Below are positions 27,378 through 40,898 of a stretch of 64,000 nucleotides of DNA, piece by piece (positions within the stretch are counted from its first letter, which is position 1; each line of letters begins with the position of its first letter). The translations under genes were made by a program, and so were the position numbers. Origin of the DNA: Spongospora subterranea f. sp. subterranea. Taxonomy: Eukaryota. The notes beneath the pieces were generated by a model. The model saw only the letters and a list, made by a program, of their open reading frames with translations, was not told the origin of the DNA and searched no databases. Location: the NCBI GenBank assembly GCA_049724395.1, contig JAUGWO010000005.1, positions 1 to 64,000 on the forward strand. The letters are read 5' to 3'.

Positions 27378-27572
27378 TGATTAGAGGAGGCTGACATCAG
27401 AAATCTAGCGCCATGAAACAACACAAACTTACCCATCCTGGGTCGAACTCGTTCATTTCCTCATTGTGGTGATCGCTGTGAAGATATTTCGAGTTAGTCA
27501 ATCCCTGGCCAACCCTACCGAATATCTACGCCCATCACCACCCGCATCCGGTCAATATATATAAATAATTTA

Positions 27573-30500
27573 TCAAACATCTGAAATCTCTTTCAGTCTT
27601 TGGTCAGCTTCTTGCCTCAAACGGTGAGCTTGCTCGGCAATCGGACTACCAATCCCGTTGTACTTCTCCGCATTGTCGACGAGCAGATCGATATCACTTC
27701 GAAACGACGATACAGAGTCATATTCTCCACGTTCTAGTTTTTCTTTCATTGTTGACAGGCTGATGGGATTCCTGACCTTCGTATGGTAGTCGGGGACGTC
27801 CGATTTTTTGACGTTGAATCGAAACAGGGCCCAGTCCAGATGGTTCAACAATGATTCAAGAACAACAGACAACCGGGAGAGTAATTTTTGATGTTGTTGA
27901 TACTCCACCAGATGTCTCTCCGTCTCGGCGATCACGATTTGATTGGCCGTCAGACAACGCAACGCTGCGTCAACAACAATTGTCGCATTGACCGTCAATA
28001 AATTATCTGGCCCATTGTACAAAGCGGAGTTTGATCGAATCAGATCCAGATCGGCGATGAAATCTGCTGAAGACGTATATGCGCAACCTCGTACCTACGA
28101 AAACACATCGTTAACGTACGATAACGCATCTTCGTTTCGAAGGGCGCGCTAACCTTTTGCTTTAGGAGATCGATGTACATGTGAGTTTTTACAATGGTGG
28201 AATAGTTCGGTGCAATATCGTCAGTGACAGGTTTGCAAAACGTTTTGATGCCAAGAACGTCAGAGGTCGCGTCAATAGCGCCATTGAAGAACGAATTAAG
28301 AGTTATCTGAGGATCTCCTCGACGGCGAAATGATGACAGGCGCTTGGGACAGACCTAAAATTGCCTCAATAGAGATAAGACAAATAGTCACTCTAGCTCT
28401 ACATCAGATTCGGAGTTATTCGGGTTTCCAGCACTAGGTCTTTCTCTTTTCCTTTTTTTCTTGATGGCAGACGACGCTGGAAATTGTGCATCACGACTTG
28501 AATATTGCCCTTGTTCCCCATCCATTAAAGTGTCGGTTTGCTGTCCCAGCCTCGGCGCCGCTTCTCTCTCGCCATGGTGACGCTTTGGGGTCGGGACCTG
28601 AAGTAAATCAATAACAGAGTATATCATGTATAAATAGAGACACACCTTAGCAAGACTCAAAGTTACTTTCGATTCTTGGTCCGTAACTTTTAATACGAGA
28701 TTGTCTGGAGCAGGGTTCATTTCACTGGCAAAAAAAAAACGCGCAAAATCGAGTACCTGGATGGTTGGGGCATTTCCTATTGGACTTGGTATGACCGAAT
28801 GTGTGACACGAACTGCATTTAACCATGGGCTTCCCGTTTGGTCCGATTACCGGGGTTCGTGGTAGCCTTGGCCTGGAAGGCCGAGGTACCCGCGGTTTGA
28901 CACCATTCCGAAGTTCTTTAAGTCGACGTTGCGCCGACCGAACTCCAGACGTCCCTGGGAGTAGACTGGAGAAGAGTCAAATTTTGTCGCTTGTATATTC
29001 CCAACAAACCGAAAGATACCGTTTACGAGGTCTGGACAATTGCTTCGGTTCTCCTCGGTTACTTTTGGAACACCGACCGGCAGTCTCTCCGGACCCAGCA
29101 AGGCGTTGCCCATTGGATTGACATGGCGAAGCCCCTGCAGTAGCATTGGCCGAGGTTAGCTTCTCTTCCAATTGCTTAAGCCGATTCCCCGAATCAGATT
29201 GATCAGCTGAACATGTTAGATCAATAAAAATCAACTAAGTTTTGAGGGTAATCGAACCTAAATACGCTTCAATCCACTCTGGGTCGTCGATAATTGTTAC
29301 CCGCTCACGCTCAATCCCATCCGAATCACAAATTACCTAAACTGCGTTGATCCTCGAAACATTTTACGATAGCAAACGGAAAAATACCTCACGCCTCTGT
29401 AAACGGCGACGGATCTTTTTTACTTTGACTGACTGAGCAGCACCGGGAGGCAAGTTGTTTACATCTGTTTCATGCAACAATTGTTGCCCCTCAATATTAT
29501 TGCCGCCCTGAGAATATCAAGCATAAATACTTGATTGCAAGAAAGGAACAGAATCAAACATGCCTGAAGTTCGTGTTGCCGCTTCTCCTCTTGCTCTTTC
29601 ATGAACTTTTCATATTCTGCTTGTTCATCGTGGAGCGCTGAGGCGTCTGCAGAGTTTTCAGTACCGTTCCGGTCTTCTAGTAAATCCTCAAGGTCTGCAG
29701 CAAACTCATCGGCTTCATCTTCACTTGATCTATAAACAAGAATTAGAGGCAAATAACGCAAAAAAGCATTGTTATACCTATCGTCTAAGGTTACCGGAAC
29801 AGAGTTCTTCAGAATATTACATTGACGATCGAAAATTTTCTGAGCTTCTTTGAGAAACCGCTGCTGTTGTACGCGATTCGTATTTCTTTGTTGGCGAGCA
29901 AACCTTCCGAATTGAGTGTTTTCACCATTCAATGTCGCATCCGAACAAAGTTGCCTAAGCAGGCCTACTCGGTTCCACCGTGGCAGATCTTTCACGTGAG
30001 ATTCGGGAATACCAAATGACACCAATGCAGTAAACAGTTCATGCATATTCAATTTGCGAAGATCCTGCAAAAATTTCTTTTAGAAAACGAATTTCACATA
30101 ACATTAGATCACAGACCTTATCAGTTCCAGTCAGCGATTTAGCGGGCGCAATTTTCGGAGCCGTTGGATCGGCCTCAAATCTGTGAGGTGCCTTGATGTA
30201 AGAGAATCCAGCACCACGACCAAGAGGATTTCCAGGCCCTTGCAGTTTGAGAAGACATCTGCCTTGCAGAGCATTTACGAAATTGGACGTTAGGTTCCAA
30301 GGCGTAAGTTGAAGTTCCTGTTCCACATATTCCAACTGTCGTTTCAAAAGACCAAGTCTAAGTTTGCTGATGATAGCCGAAAGCTGAGGAGTCCAAAGAA
30401 GCAGAGTTTCGATGCCCAGCTCTACAAGCCATGAAATTAAACTCCAACAAATCATGACAAAATTTCCTACTTTCTAAGCGATGTTGACCAGCTCTCATAC

Positions 30501-33187
30501 TAGCGAATTCACACATGTTTTCAGGCGTCACCATTTCTCGAATAGCGGAATCCGAAGGGAGTTTTGCTCGTTCTGAATTTAAGATCCAGCATCCCGACTC
30601 GTGGCCACCGCGCTGAAAATCAGCGACCTCTTTGAGCTTAGCACGAATTGCTGTTTCCGATTGGGTTGGAAAAGCTTCAAACACATCTGCGATCAACAAT
30701 CTACCATAAATCAGTAACCTATCATTGAGAAGACGCGCAGAGACTGGTACTTTGGATTGGCACGTAGCAGCCGAAAAATGAATACCGACAGCATATCTTT
30801 CAGTGCTGCATTAGCATCGCGAGCATTGGGGGTTTTAACCTGAACTTTGGGCTGTATCTGGCCGACAGTATATACAGCAGGGATTTCACGAATCGCCCAG
30901 TTATTACGTTTAGAGGATCTATATAAAAGAAAGTCTCCGGAAGGGACCTACGGAAATGAGGAAATCCCAAAGGCCAGAGAGCAGAGATCCATACAGGGTG
31001 TGAAAAAACAGGAGCAGCGAACATATTGCAGTTGATACTGCTAACAGTTGACCCGCAACGAACATCGGCAATAAACGGAGACTCATCATCTTTCTCCGGT
31101 CGTAAAACCTTTACAACTCCGTCTTGAGAGGTGGGATGATAATTGTCTTCAAGATTCTGAAGAAAAACTAAATCATACTTGAAAAGCTATATATACGCTG
31201 AGTACTTTCTGCCTGTAGAATGTGATGATTTCGCTCGCCATGCCCACATTAGCAATTAATGGCGGATGCTCCTCAATGTATTCCGCCAAAACAATGCGCC
31301 CATCACGAGCGCTGAGCTCACTTTCCTTTTTCGGAACGTATTTCCTGGCGCTGGCAGATTCTATTAATGACGTCTTGGTCTTATCCTGAGGGCGCGAAGT
31401 TATAAGCGATGTATAGAAAAACGCTCGAGGGCGATGAAACCGCTCCAACTCGTCCTCCAAGAAGTAAGACTTATATATTGGCTGGTGATAGATTAGTTAT
31501 TGTGTGTTACGAACTGGTCAATCAGTTGACTTACTCTGGCGAGCTCCTGAGCAAACAAGGCGTGCTGTACAGCAGCACGACCAACAATAGTTCTTTCTTC
31601 GACTCCAGCTTTTTCGTAAAGGGGCGAGAAGTCGAGCGAGAGATTAAATCGCTTGCTAGGGTCCACATCATCCTGCACTTCATTCTGATTCCGTTGTTCG
31701 CAAACATCAGTCCCAAAAATCATGTTCGGATCATTTTCGTCCAAAATGAGCGACGTCAGCGGCAACGCTTGCCGAGTATCTGCATCATCCCAAACAATTG
31801 TCGAAAGCCATTCCATGCTCTGAAAGTCAGAATTAAGCGAACGAAGGGGCTTCAGGGGCGATAACGGCCGCTTCGGGATTGATTGAACATTATTCCTGCT
31901 GTTAGATAAAGCGTAAAATGGGCGATCATCATATGTGGCCATGGTTGTTGAACCAATCGCTCTCCCTGGTCTGCCAGATTGTCGAGCGAACCGCAGAGAG
32001 ACCCGTGGCCGACTTGAAGGTAAACCTGCATCTTCACTATGGCTGCCTCTAACGGCATCGACGCCAATATCAAAACCGATGTCGATTTCTGGAGGGACTT
32101 CCTCCGATTGCGAAACGATGCTCTGAGTTGGAGATGCAATTCTGGGTGGAACCTCGGACTGCCCGGTGTCGATGCAGTCTATTTCGGCTTCCCATTGAAG
32201 CTGTTCCAGAAGAGAAAACATGGAATCATCCAATCTCACACTAAGATCTGATGCTCTGGGTACGCTGAGCGGCTCGCCAACGTCGAACCGGGAACCAAAC
32301 ATCTTCTGAACGCTTTGGAATGGTTCCGAAGACATCCCCACAGAGCCTTGGGCAGCGAGGCCAGACCCGTCAGGATCGAGAAATTCGAGTTCGTCACCGT
32401 GGGCGAACCATGATCCACCTTCAACTCCAATTGCGACCTTTACAACCGGATTACGAACGACCAATCCTTCGAAAAACGGCTCAAAACTGCCGATATACAT
32501 GTCAGAGAACTTGAAAACATCGCTCCCGTCGAAGTCTTTTCTGAGAACAGGCAACTGAATTGGGCCAGAGAAGGTGGGTGGGTTTGACGCCATCATCCTC
32601 ATATTAGATTTGGCTGATGCCATGAATATGGACTGTGCAGCAGCTTGCGCCATCAGCTCTAAACTGGGACGCGCTTCGGATTTTGATCTGAAAGGCGGTA
32701 CTGGTATGGACGAACGTGGTACTGGGACGATGCTGTCTTCTTCGTCGAAGTCTTCGCTGTCGCTGGGATCGCTGGCGTCATGGCTCCCTTGCACAAACAG
32801 GTTGGGGTCATGCAAAGCCGTCTTGGACGCCGAAGGTGAGCCAGTGTTAACGGGATGGGCTTCATTGCGCCCAGAAATAATGTTGGATGACAGATCCATG
32901 GCCACCGAATTGTCTTCCATATTATCATGCAGCTCGGCTACAACACCACGGGTTAGTATCACACCTTGAAAAACGCCACGAAAACAAGGTGTGGAAAGTT
33001 TTGGCGGAAGAAATGTCCCATATTTGATAGGAAATCGAAAAATCGGATAAGGGGAACTACCTGGATAGCGACTCTTATCCTCTTCTTCCACAATCCCATG
33101 GACGTCGATATTCCCCCAGACGAACCCGCCGCCCCTCCTGGCCGACGACGCCGACGAGTCATCTGAATCCGAATCGTTCATAGCCAT
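27573..33187 (-). CDS. TAF1: TFIID subunit 1 (DUF3591 core, Zn knuckle, tandem bromodomains)
   Basis: ELSARDGRIVLAEYIEEHPPLIANVGMAS, ELQLTPWNLTSNF, QGPGNPLGRGAGFSY, SLTGTD/DLRKL, and bromodomain VPDYHTKVRNPISL...NAEKYNG. Confidence 0.95.
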
Positions 33188-33817
33188 ATAACATGTAGAT
33201 GTTGTCGATTGTGGTTTGAGCGATGTCGTTCTTGGTTCTAATTCGCTCTGAACGAAATCTGAATCCAATAACGTTGTGATTCAGTTGATTGGCCACAAAT
33301 ACTGCGCGCAGTTTATCATCTCCGACAGTGGCGCACTTTATAAATAATCAACAGGTCGAAATAACGTCCGAATAATCACAAGTTATTTCTGAAAAGATTT
33401 GAATTGTTGAGATTTACTGCCGATGATGAACAGTACTTTTGGTAATGATCGAGGGCGGTGCCAATGATGACAATATTTGAAAATAATCGAGATCAGCTCC
33501 GATGATAAACAGTATTTGGTCATGATTCATGACATTGTCAATGATGACAATATATAGCAAAGATTGATTATCAGTGTTGTCGATGAAGAGCAATAGTTCG
33601 GTAATGATTGGAGGACAATGATAATAGTATTTTTTTTTGAGAATAACTGAGATAAACGCAGATGACGAACAATAGTTGATAACTTGAAATCAGTGCCGGT
33701 GATTAACAATAAATTGGTAATGATTGCGATCAGTGGCGATGATGACCAAATCCCAACATTCTAGGCAAATATGACTGATATCTATCCGCTATATGTTAAT
33801 TAAGATGACTAAATTCA

Positions 33818-36200
33818 TTATATAGCGTCGATATCCCGTTCCATACACCTTTCCGCCAACGATATCTGTTCCTGAAGCCCTTGGCCAGACAGGTGTCTGT
33901 GGATGAAGACGGCGATGGAATCCCTCAATGGCTGCAATCCGGGCGTGCCGGCGATTCGCTGGAATATGGCGCCCAGCACCTTCTCCGACTGCCCCAATAG
34001 GCACTTGAAGAACACCATGAAGAACAGGACGCTGGACGAGTCGAGAGACACGAGCTCAACCGATTTCAGGTGCGACAAAGAGATCGCGAACTCGGAGACG
34101 AGATGGGCCAGAAGATGGGCCAGATTAGATATCGCTCGCGGTTTCGATTTTGCGATCGTCTTGATAGTGTCGAGGAAACCTGAAATGTGTTTGTTGATTT
34201 AGAACCTGGATTGAACTTTGAACTGATTAGATTAGCGCCAACCTAACTGGAACGTGTACTTGAATGAGCGATGAAACGAGCAGAGCTTCGTGGATAAATG
34301 GGCGTAATACGGGTTCCAAGCCTAAAGGTTAATGAATTCGTCGGAATAGGAATCAAGTGACGAGGAATATGTTTACAGGTTCATGAGAGCAACAGTCCAA
34401 GATCACCCCGGTGATGTCGCGATCCTGTGGCGCATGTAGACCAAGACGGATCAGCTTCTCGAACGCTTCCAGGAAGTCGTCGCTGCTTTGGACAATGCAG
34501 AAAACCGCTCGACGAGTATCCGTGTTCATGGCACGAGCTCGCGACAATGACAGGAGATCAGTTCCACCGTTTATCACCGCCTGAACAATCTCCCGATAAG
34601 CCATTGATCACCGGCAATGAACTCCTGTGGAAAACAAACCTGGACCCGATCGTGCGTTGATTGACCGCCGGGAATGAACGTGGATCCGCCTTTCCATGCT
34701 GATCCGGTGAGCCACCATCTTCCAGATTTATCGCAATTGACCAGATCCGACCAAGTCACCCGTAGCTGATGTTGAACGGCGCCAGGATTCACTTGGCGAA
34801 GCCAATTGCGGGTCGACTCCATGTGGCCGGTCATGGTTTGCGTCAGGCGTTGCTTGTTGTTCTTCAGATCGTAGATCATGTCGAGCATGAAATCGATTCG
34901 CGATTGGGGACAATCGGTTGTCGGAACCGCGGTCTTGTTCTGGATCAACAGGATGATCTCTTTGAGCGCGGCCGGATCGTCGCGCCGTAGTTGCTGTCCA
35001 GACGACGACAGTAGCGCCAGCAACAGCTCAATATCCAATGGGGTGAACGATCCGATGAATACGCGAATCAGGTCGTAGATCAGACAGCAATTCACCGTCT
35101 GAAATGAATACAGATTGGCGAGGAATTTGACCAGATTCAGTAGTGCTCCCTGATCCGATCCCGAATAACATCGCTGAAACGATCCGGCGAGTCGCTCGCA
35201 GAACGAGGCGCCGATCTCCAGACCGAGCTGCGAGTTCAGGCACGATACCAAGGCGGCTAAGGATATGGCCAGCGGATTGACGATCGATTGGAACTTGAGA
35301 CACATATCCAGAATCGCCTGGGATATGATCTCGCATAATAACCCGCGCGGATGACCTTCGAACAGAACCTAACGGAAGGTGGTGAAACACAGATGGCCAG
35401 GGGAAACGGGGGAGGGCGATTACCTTGATCGAGTTGCAGATCGGTTCGAGATTGGTCTCGGACAGGCGATTGAGAAGCCCGACGACCGTTCGCATCAGAC
35501 CCTGTTTGACGTGAATCTCCTGTTGTGTTTGTCGTAGACCGGGCGGAACATAAACCGCATCGCCATCATCACCATTGTCGCGATCCTGATCCGCATCTCC
35601 ATACAGGTGCACCTGTTTGCGTTTACGAACCTCCGTTTTCCGGCGAATTTCCTCGATCAGGTCTGGATCCTGAACCCCGGTGATCGGTTCGGCCTGTTCC
35701 TGTTGATCGTCCTCAGATTGTTCCCTCAATCCGTCAGCCGCATCGAACAGTTCCAATAATCCATCCTCTCTCAGCTCGTCCATCAACTTATCCGATTTCC
35801 CCCCTAACTTCTCCTCCAACATGGCGATCTCAAGGTCGATGTCGTCTCTATCCGAAGACCGACGTAATTTAGTTTTTTTGGGGTTCACTGGAGCCGTCGA
35901 TGGCGCCATTTGCCCCTTTTCCTGGGCAGTTTTTCCTAAGACCTTGGCCGGTTTGTCGCCATCCATGGCCGTCGGTTTCTTCTGTTGTACTCTCTTCTGT
36001 TTCTTCTTCAGACGTTCCAGCTTTCTGATTTCCTTCCGGGATCGAACGCGTTTCCCCCCGCCCTGAATAACCAACCCAGAATCGGCTCCGGACGCGCCAG
36101 AATTCCCAGAACAATTCGCGATCTCTTCTTTAAGAGATTCCGGTAATAAAACCGTCATGTTCGGCTTGTGCCTTCTTCGACCATTATTTTTGAATTTCAT
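33818..36200 (-). CDS. NOM1: Nucleolar MIF4G + MA3 domain protein (NOM1/Sgd1)
   Basis: GLLNRLSETNL, IELLLALLSSSGQQLRRDDPAALKEII, GRWWLTGSAW and ARAMNTDTRRAVFCIVQSSDDFLEAFEKL. Confidence 0.93.
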
Positions 36201-36742
36201 CGGATCTGACAGATATTTGTCGGATCCGCTCAGTCGACTAAACGGCCAACGCAAGTTTGATCGGGGAAGTCTGCGGACTCCGCCACGGAGTCCAAAACAC
36301 AACGATCTCACTTTGTTTTTGTTGAGCGATCCTTTTTGCTGGGATAATTGGTCGTCATCGAGGACATGTACAATGTTCTCGTGTTGTGAAAATCAATGGC
36401 ACAGAGCAATAGAGGATCAGACACACATTTGATTTTGGTTCATTTCAATGGCTGTCCGACGCTTCGCACAGTACGTTTTCTGCATCGACGATGGCACGGC
36501 TGGCCGAATTAATCAACAGTGAAGTTCTTAAGGATTACAGTCGGTTGTGGCCAGGACCAGCCGCCCATAGGTGTTGAAGAATTGTTGATGCCGATGACTA
36601 AGCGTGAACGGGCCAGATGACGACCTTGATTTATTGGATCGGCCTCAACCGACTGTAAATCCTTCGGAACTTCACTGTTGATTAATTCGGCCTTGATTGA
36701 TGACACCGTTGGCAACGCAGGTGGCTCAATCCAATCATGATT

Positions 36743-37314
36743 GAAGAAACCGCAATGGCCACATTGATTACGTTGATGATGTTGATTCGAATATTCCCTT
36801 TTGAAATGGGGTCAGTCCCCCTATTGTGGTTTGCCGCCTGCCGTATTTATGCTAACCGACTACATGCGAGACCATTACACACAACTACACGACCACCAAA
36901 GATCGTCATTCAAGGCCATCATACTGTTTGGAACTGTGCCCGAGATACACAGTGCACAACTGACCCCAAAGGTACGATGATGGCACAACGCCATCATCCT
37001 CGGGCCCTTAAGACTTTTGGATCACGACACACAGGGCCGCTGTACTCCAGATGAGCGAGTCGGTGACTAGTCAAGAAGCCTTGATGAGAAATGACCCGTT
37101 CAATCCCAACCAGCGCGTACGACGTGCCCTGCTCAAAGCGAGCCAGAGGTTTACTGAATGGCGATCTTTGGTGGTCGTGTAGTTGTGTAATGGTCTCTCA
37201 TGTAGTCGGTTAGCATATACGGCAGGTGGCAAACCACAATGAGGGACTGTCCCCATTTCAAAGGGAATATTCGAATCAAAACCATCAACGTAAATCAACC
37301 GTTGCGGTTTCTTC
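36743..37314. repeat. Imperfect inverted repeat; arms about 36743-36912 and 37155-37314, spacer about 240 nt
   Basis: TTGATTCGAATATTCCCTTTTGAAATGGGG...CGACCACCAAAGATCG is mirrored at 37158-37290, giving mirrored ORFs containing IPFEMG and ANRLH. Confidence 0.92.
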
Positions 37315-38499
37315 TGCCAAACCATCGTCACGATTTGCCAGGTATAGTAAAAAATCTTAATAAAACTGAATACGAACGACTAGGGACAACATCTTTCTAC
37401 AATTCTAATAGATGGTTTGAATGTGTCATGCTGAATTCAATGAAACCACAAAACATCCTCAATCTCGTGCTGTTTGAACAGACAACGGTTCCAATCTGCA
37501 GAGGAAGCGAGATTCTTTACCCGGTTGTCGCAGTGATCCGATTGATTATTTTTTCAAAATTGAACGGCTGAATTCCTGAGATCTGTGATTTCCGTTGGTT
37601 TTTGCTTTGTCGGTTTTTTTATGGTCGGTGGACATGTGGAATTGGAGTGGGATAGTCTGCAAACATATGTCGAAGCTGTACTCGTTTCGACAGACATCTT
37701 TCTCCTGATCAGATCAGACACACTCAGCAATTAACATTCTCGGAAAGGGTCGTGGAACTGAATCGCGGTGCCGGTACCAAGATCTAGAATTGGTGTTGGA
37801 TTGTTTGCAATACCGCAACGGTTTGCGATGTTGTTCTTCTTGAGACACAGATCCTAACATCCGAGGCGCGTTTCTGTTCGAGCGTCGTTGCAATTTCGGT
37901 ATCACGAAAAATGGCATCGCTCACTATCTTCGAAAGCCTCTGTAGGTCGAATGGTTACTTCTTGAGATTTTAGGATGGGTTTTGCTGTGTAAGATCGATA
38001 AACCAACGAGACCGCATCAGGCATCAGAGATGGACTCTGCTTCTCGAAACGATCTGATTTTGCTTCAACATTTATGCTCTAATTTTTTCCTCTCTCGAAC
38101 GCTCTAACGTTTGTCGCATACCAAAACAGCCATCGTCTCTGATGTCTGTCGCTTGTCACTTGCTGTTATCGGCTCGTTAGTTGTCTTGTCCTGGGATGCC
38201 CCGACAATGCATTGATAAAGGGCGTCTAACCTGGCTCTTAGCGTTCAGGGTCATTCCAGAGAACCGTTTTTGAGAAATTCTAATTATAGAGCCCGAACAA
38301 CAACAACAAATCCTTTATTCGTCTTTGTAATTTCTCTTTGTGATTACCTTTTGAGCTTAATAAAACCCTAAACAATTCACCTATCGGACTACGAAATGTT
38401 TTTTCATATTTAGGAGGAACATCACCCTGTCAACGTCATCGTTGTCCCACAGAACGAACTGGATTTAGGGCGAGGAGGGCCGGTCATTTACAATGTGTA

Positions 38500-39800
38500 T
38501 TACTGACGTGGCGCTAGTCGCCTGACTATGTCGCCAGATATCCTCAGTTTCTCCTGAACCTGAACAACAAATGAGGCCCAGGCCGTTCGTTGAGTTGGTT
38601 GGGCACCGGAAACTGTGGTCGGACGACGAACCTCTAACAAACTTAAACCCTTACGATGAAGACGGGATCGCTTTGGCCCTCGATGTCCACGTAACTGCTC
38701 CCTCAGCTTCCTGAATGCATAGTTCTCGGCTTCCAGGACGTTGTCGCTCGGCGATTCCTCACGACCCTTGCCGGCCGTGTTCACTGACCAAACGGCAAAA
38801 CAGGTCCTCAGAACGGATGCGACACCAGGGGCGAATTGGACAGATCTTACGTCGATATCGCCAATACCGATCTAGCTCATCCGCTTGAGCGCGGTCCCTG
38901 AGATCGGCGTCCAATCGTCTCATGTGTTTCAGGATCTCGACATCGGCTGGCGTCACTGACAGCGACTCGAACAAGTGCCGAAGCAGTGTCCTGATCAATC
39001 AAGATCGCGCCGGGCGATTGTGTTTTGGTCAATCGTCGACCGCCGAAATTTGCCAGGGTTTACCTTCTCTGCCACGTGATCATGAAATACCTAATCGGGC
39101 AGCCGCTGGACAGCTCTGATCATCGCCATCGATCAGATCAAGGAACCCGTCGGATGATCACAGCCCCTAATACCTTGATTGGTCAGATCGCCAAGATCCC
39201 GGTCCATCAGGTTCTGGAACTCGTTGAAATCCACAATGTGGTCGTGATTCTCATCCGTTGACGCCATCATATTGATCGCCTGAGCATGGCGCCATTTTCA
39301 TTCACCCCCAGATCCAGACCGTCCAGTACCCCCCAGACCTGGGTCTTGCTAAAATCAATGTCGCAATCGGCCGCCGCCTTCACGAATCCGTCGACGCTGA
39401 TCTTCCCAGATCCGTCGCCGTCCAGCATGTTGAACAGCGTTCGGTAATGGGATTTGGTCTTCCCCATAACTGGCGCCATCGCCATGGTTCGTCCACGACG
39501 GTTCGCCCAGCTCTTCAGCGCTGCGTTGTGGTACAGGGTTCGATTCCATTGGACGTGTCGCTTCCTGTGATTGTTGAGATCACGCCCGTCGTTCTGTGTC
39601 AGCGACAACGGGATTAAACACCCCCGAAATTTCATTCCACGATTCGCTAAGAACAAAAACAGGCGATGGTATCAACCGCACCTTGGGCGTCGCAGCCGCT
39701 TTCCATTTCGACGACAGCTTGATCGACGCGCTAATGCGTCTCCATTTGGGGGATTGGTTGCCGACCGCCACCGTCGTATTCTCCATTGCCCTAATCGTCA
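38500..39800 (-). CDS. EF-hand-containing protein (boundaries approximate)
   Basis: YRTLFNMLDGDGSGKISVDGF is an EF loop; downstream exons were not fully resolved. Confidence 0.55.
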
Positions 39801-39965
39801 TCAAAATATCTTCACGGGAAATCTCCAGCGAAATCTGTTGTTCACCCCCGATATTTCCGGTACGACAAACGGGAGCCCACTCGTGGATTTTCGCCACGTT
39901 TATTCAATTGAACTGGTGGGTGTAATCGTTCGATATCAATTGCGATGAAAGCGGGGAGGGGTCTC

Positions 39966-40448
39966 TTATTTGCCTTTGAACAGGTCCCCGACTTTATGGA
40001 ACGCCTTTCCGGCCGCCTCCTCCGCCTTCTCAAACAGGCTCTGGTTCTCGTGCTCCCCCATCGCCTCCTGGGCCTGTCCCGTCAGACTCTCCTTTCCGCT
40101 TTGCAGTTTCGACTCGGCCGACCCCATCGCCTCGCTGGCTTTCCCTTTCCCCTGCTCGTACATGCTGGGTTCGCCGGCGATATCCGATTTCCCTCGGCCG
40201 ACGGCGCCCTGCACCTTCTCGGACGCCTCCTGGCCCATCCCTTTCACCTTCTCGGACGCCTCCTGGCCCTTCCCTTTCACCTTCTCAACACCGCTCGATA
40301 CCTTCTCTTTCCCTTGTTCCCACGTGTCCTTGGCTTTGTCGGTCAGGCTCTCTCCCTCCAGCTGTTGCCGACCGGCGTGCAGACCCTCCGCCGTCTTCTG
40401 CTTGGCGCTCTCCATCATTCCCTGTCCTTGCTCCGAACGTTCCGACAT
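39966..40448 (-). CDS. LEA (group 3-like) hydrophilin
   Basis: 160 aa from MSERSEQ, with 11-mer repeats KVKGKGQEASE/KVKGMGQEASE and no hydrophobic core. Confidence 0.8.
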   Translation of the reverse strand: MSERSEQGQGMMESAKQKTAEGLHAGRQQLEGESLTDKAKDTWEQGKEKVSSGVEKVKGKGQEASEKVKGMGQEASEKVQGAVGRGKSDIAGEPSMYEQGKGKASEAMGSAESKLQSGKESLTGQAQEAMGEHENQSLFEKAEEAAGKAFHKVGDLFKGK

Positions 40449-40634
40449 TTGTTCAAATGACTTATCAATCCACGATCCAACTTTGGAATGCGCTGTGTGT
40501 TCAATCCCACTGGTCGGTTTGCCGAATTCATTAGATAAGTTCAACAATGATTCCTGACCATTGATTTCCGCACCGAAACTAATCGTTGAATTCGTCTTGT
40601 CCACACTTGTGTACACAGCCGAAACCTGAACAAT

Positions 40635-40898
40635 ATGTCGGATCTGAATCCGAACTTGATGCCGGGCCAAGAGCCAACACGAACGGAGAAGATGCAGGAA
40701 TCCATGCGAGGTTCAATGAGAGAAGCCAGAGCGAAACTGGAGGGAGAGGACCCAAGCACAACACAGCGAGCACAGCTCGTGTCAGAAAACCCGCTGGAAT
40801 CAGTGCAAAAACAGGATACGACGCTCGTTGATAAGACGACCGACAAAACCAAAAAAGCGTTCCAGAACCTTCAAGACCCGTCAGATCGCCAAGGGTAA
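40635..40898 (+). CDS. Small hydrophilic (LEA-like) protein, divergent from the LEA gene
   Basis: 87-aa ATG ORF rich in E/K/Q/T, with no Cys or Trp. Confidence 0.55.
   Translation: MSDLNPNLMPGQEPTRTEKMQESMRGSMREARAKLEGEDPSTTQRAQLVSENPLESVQKQDTTLVDKTTDKTKKAFQNLQDPSDRQG

Noticed and set aside
36440..38350. Possible retroelement relic around the 36.7 kb inverted repeat
   Set aside because: No RT, integrase or protease motif could be identified.
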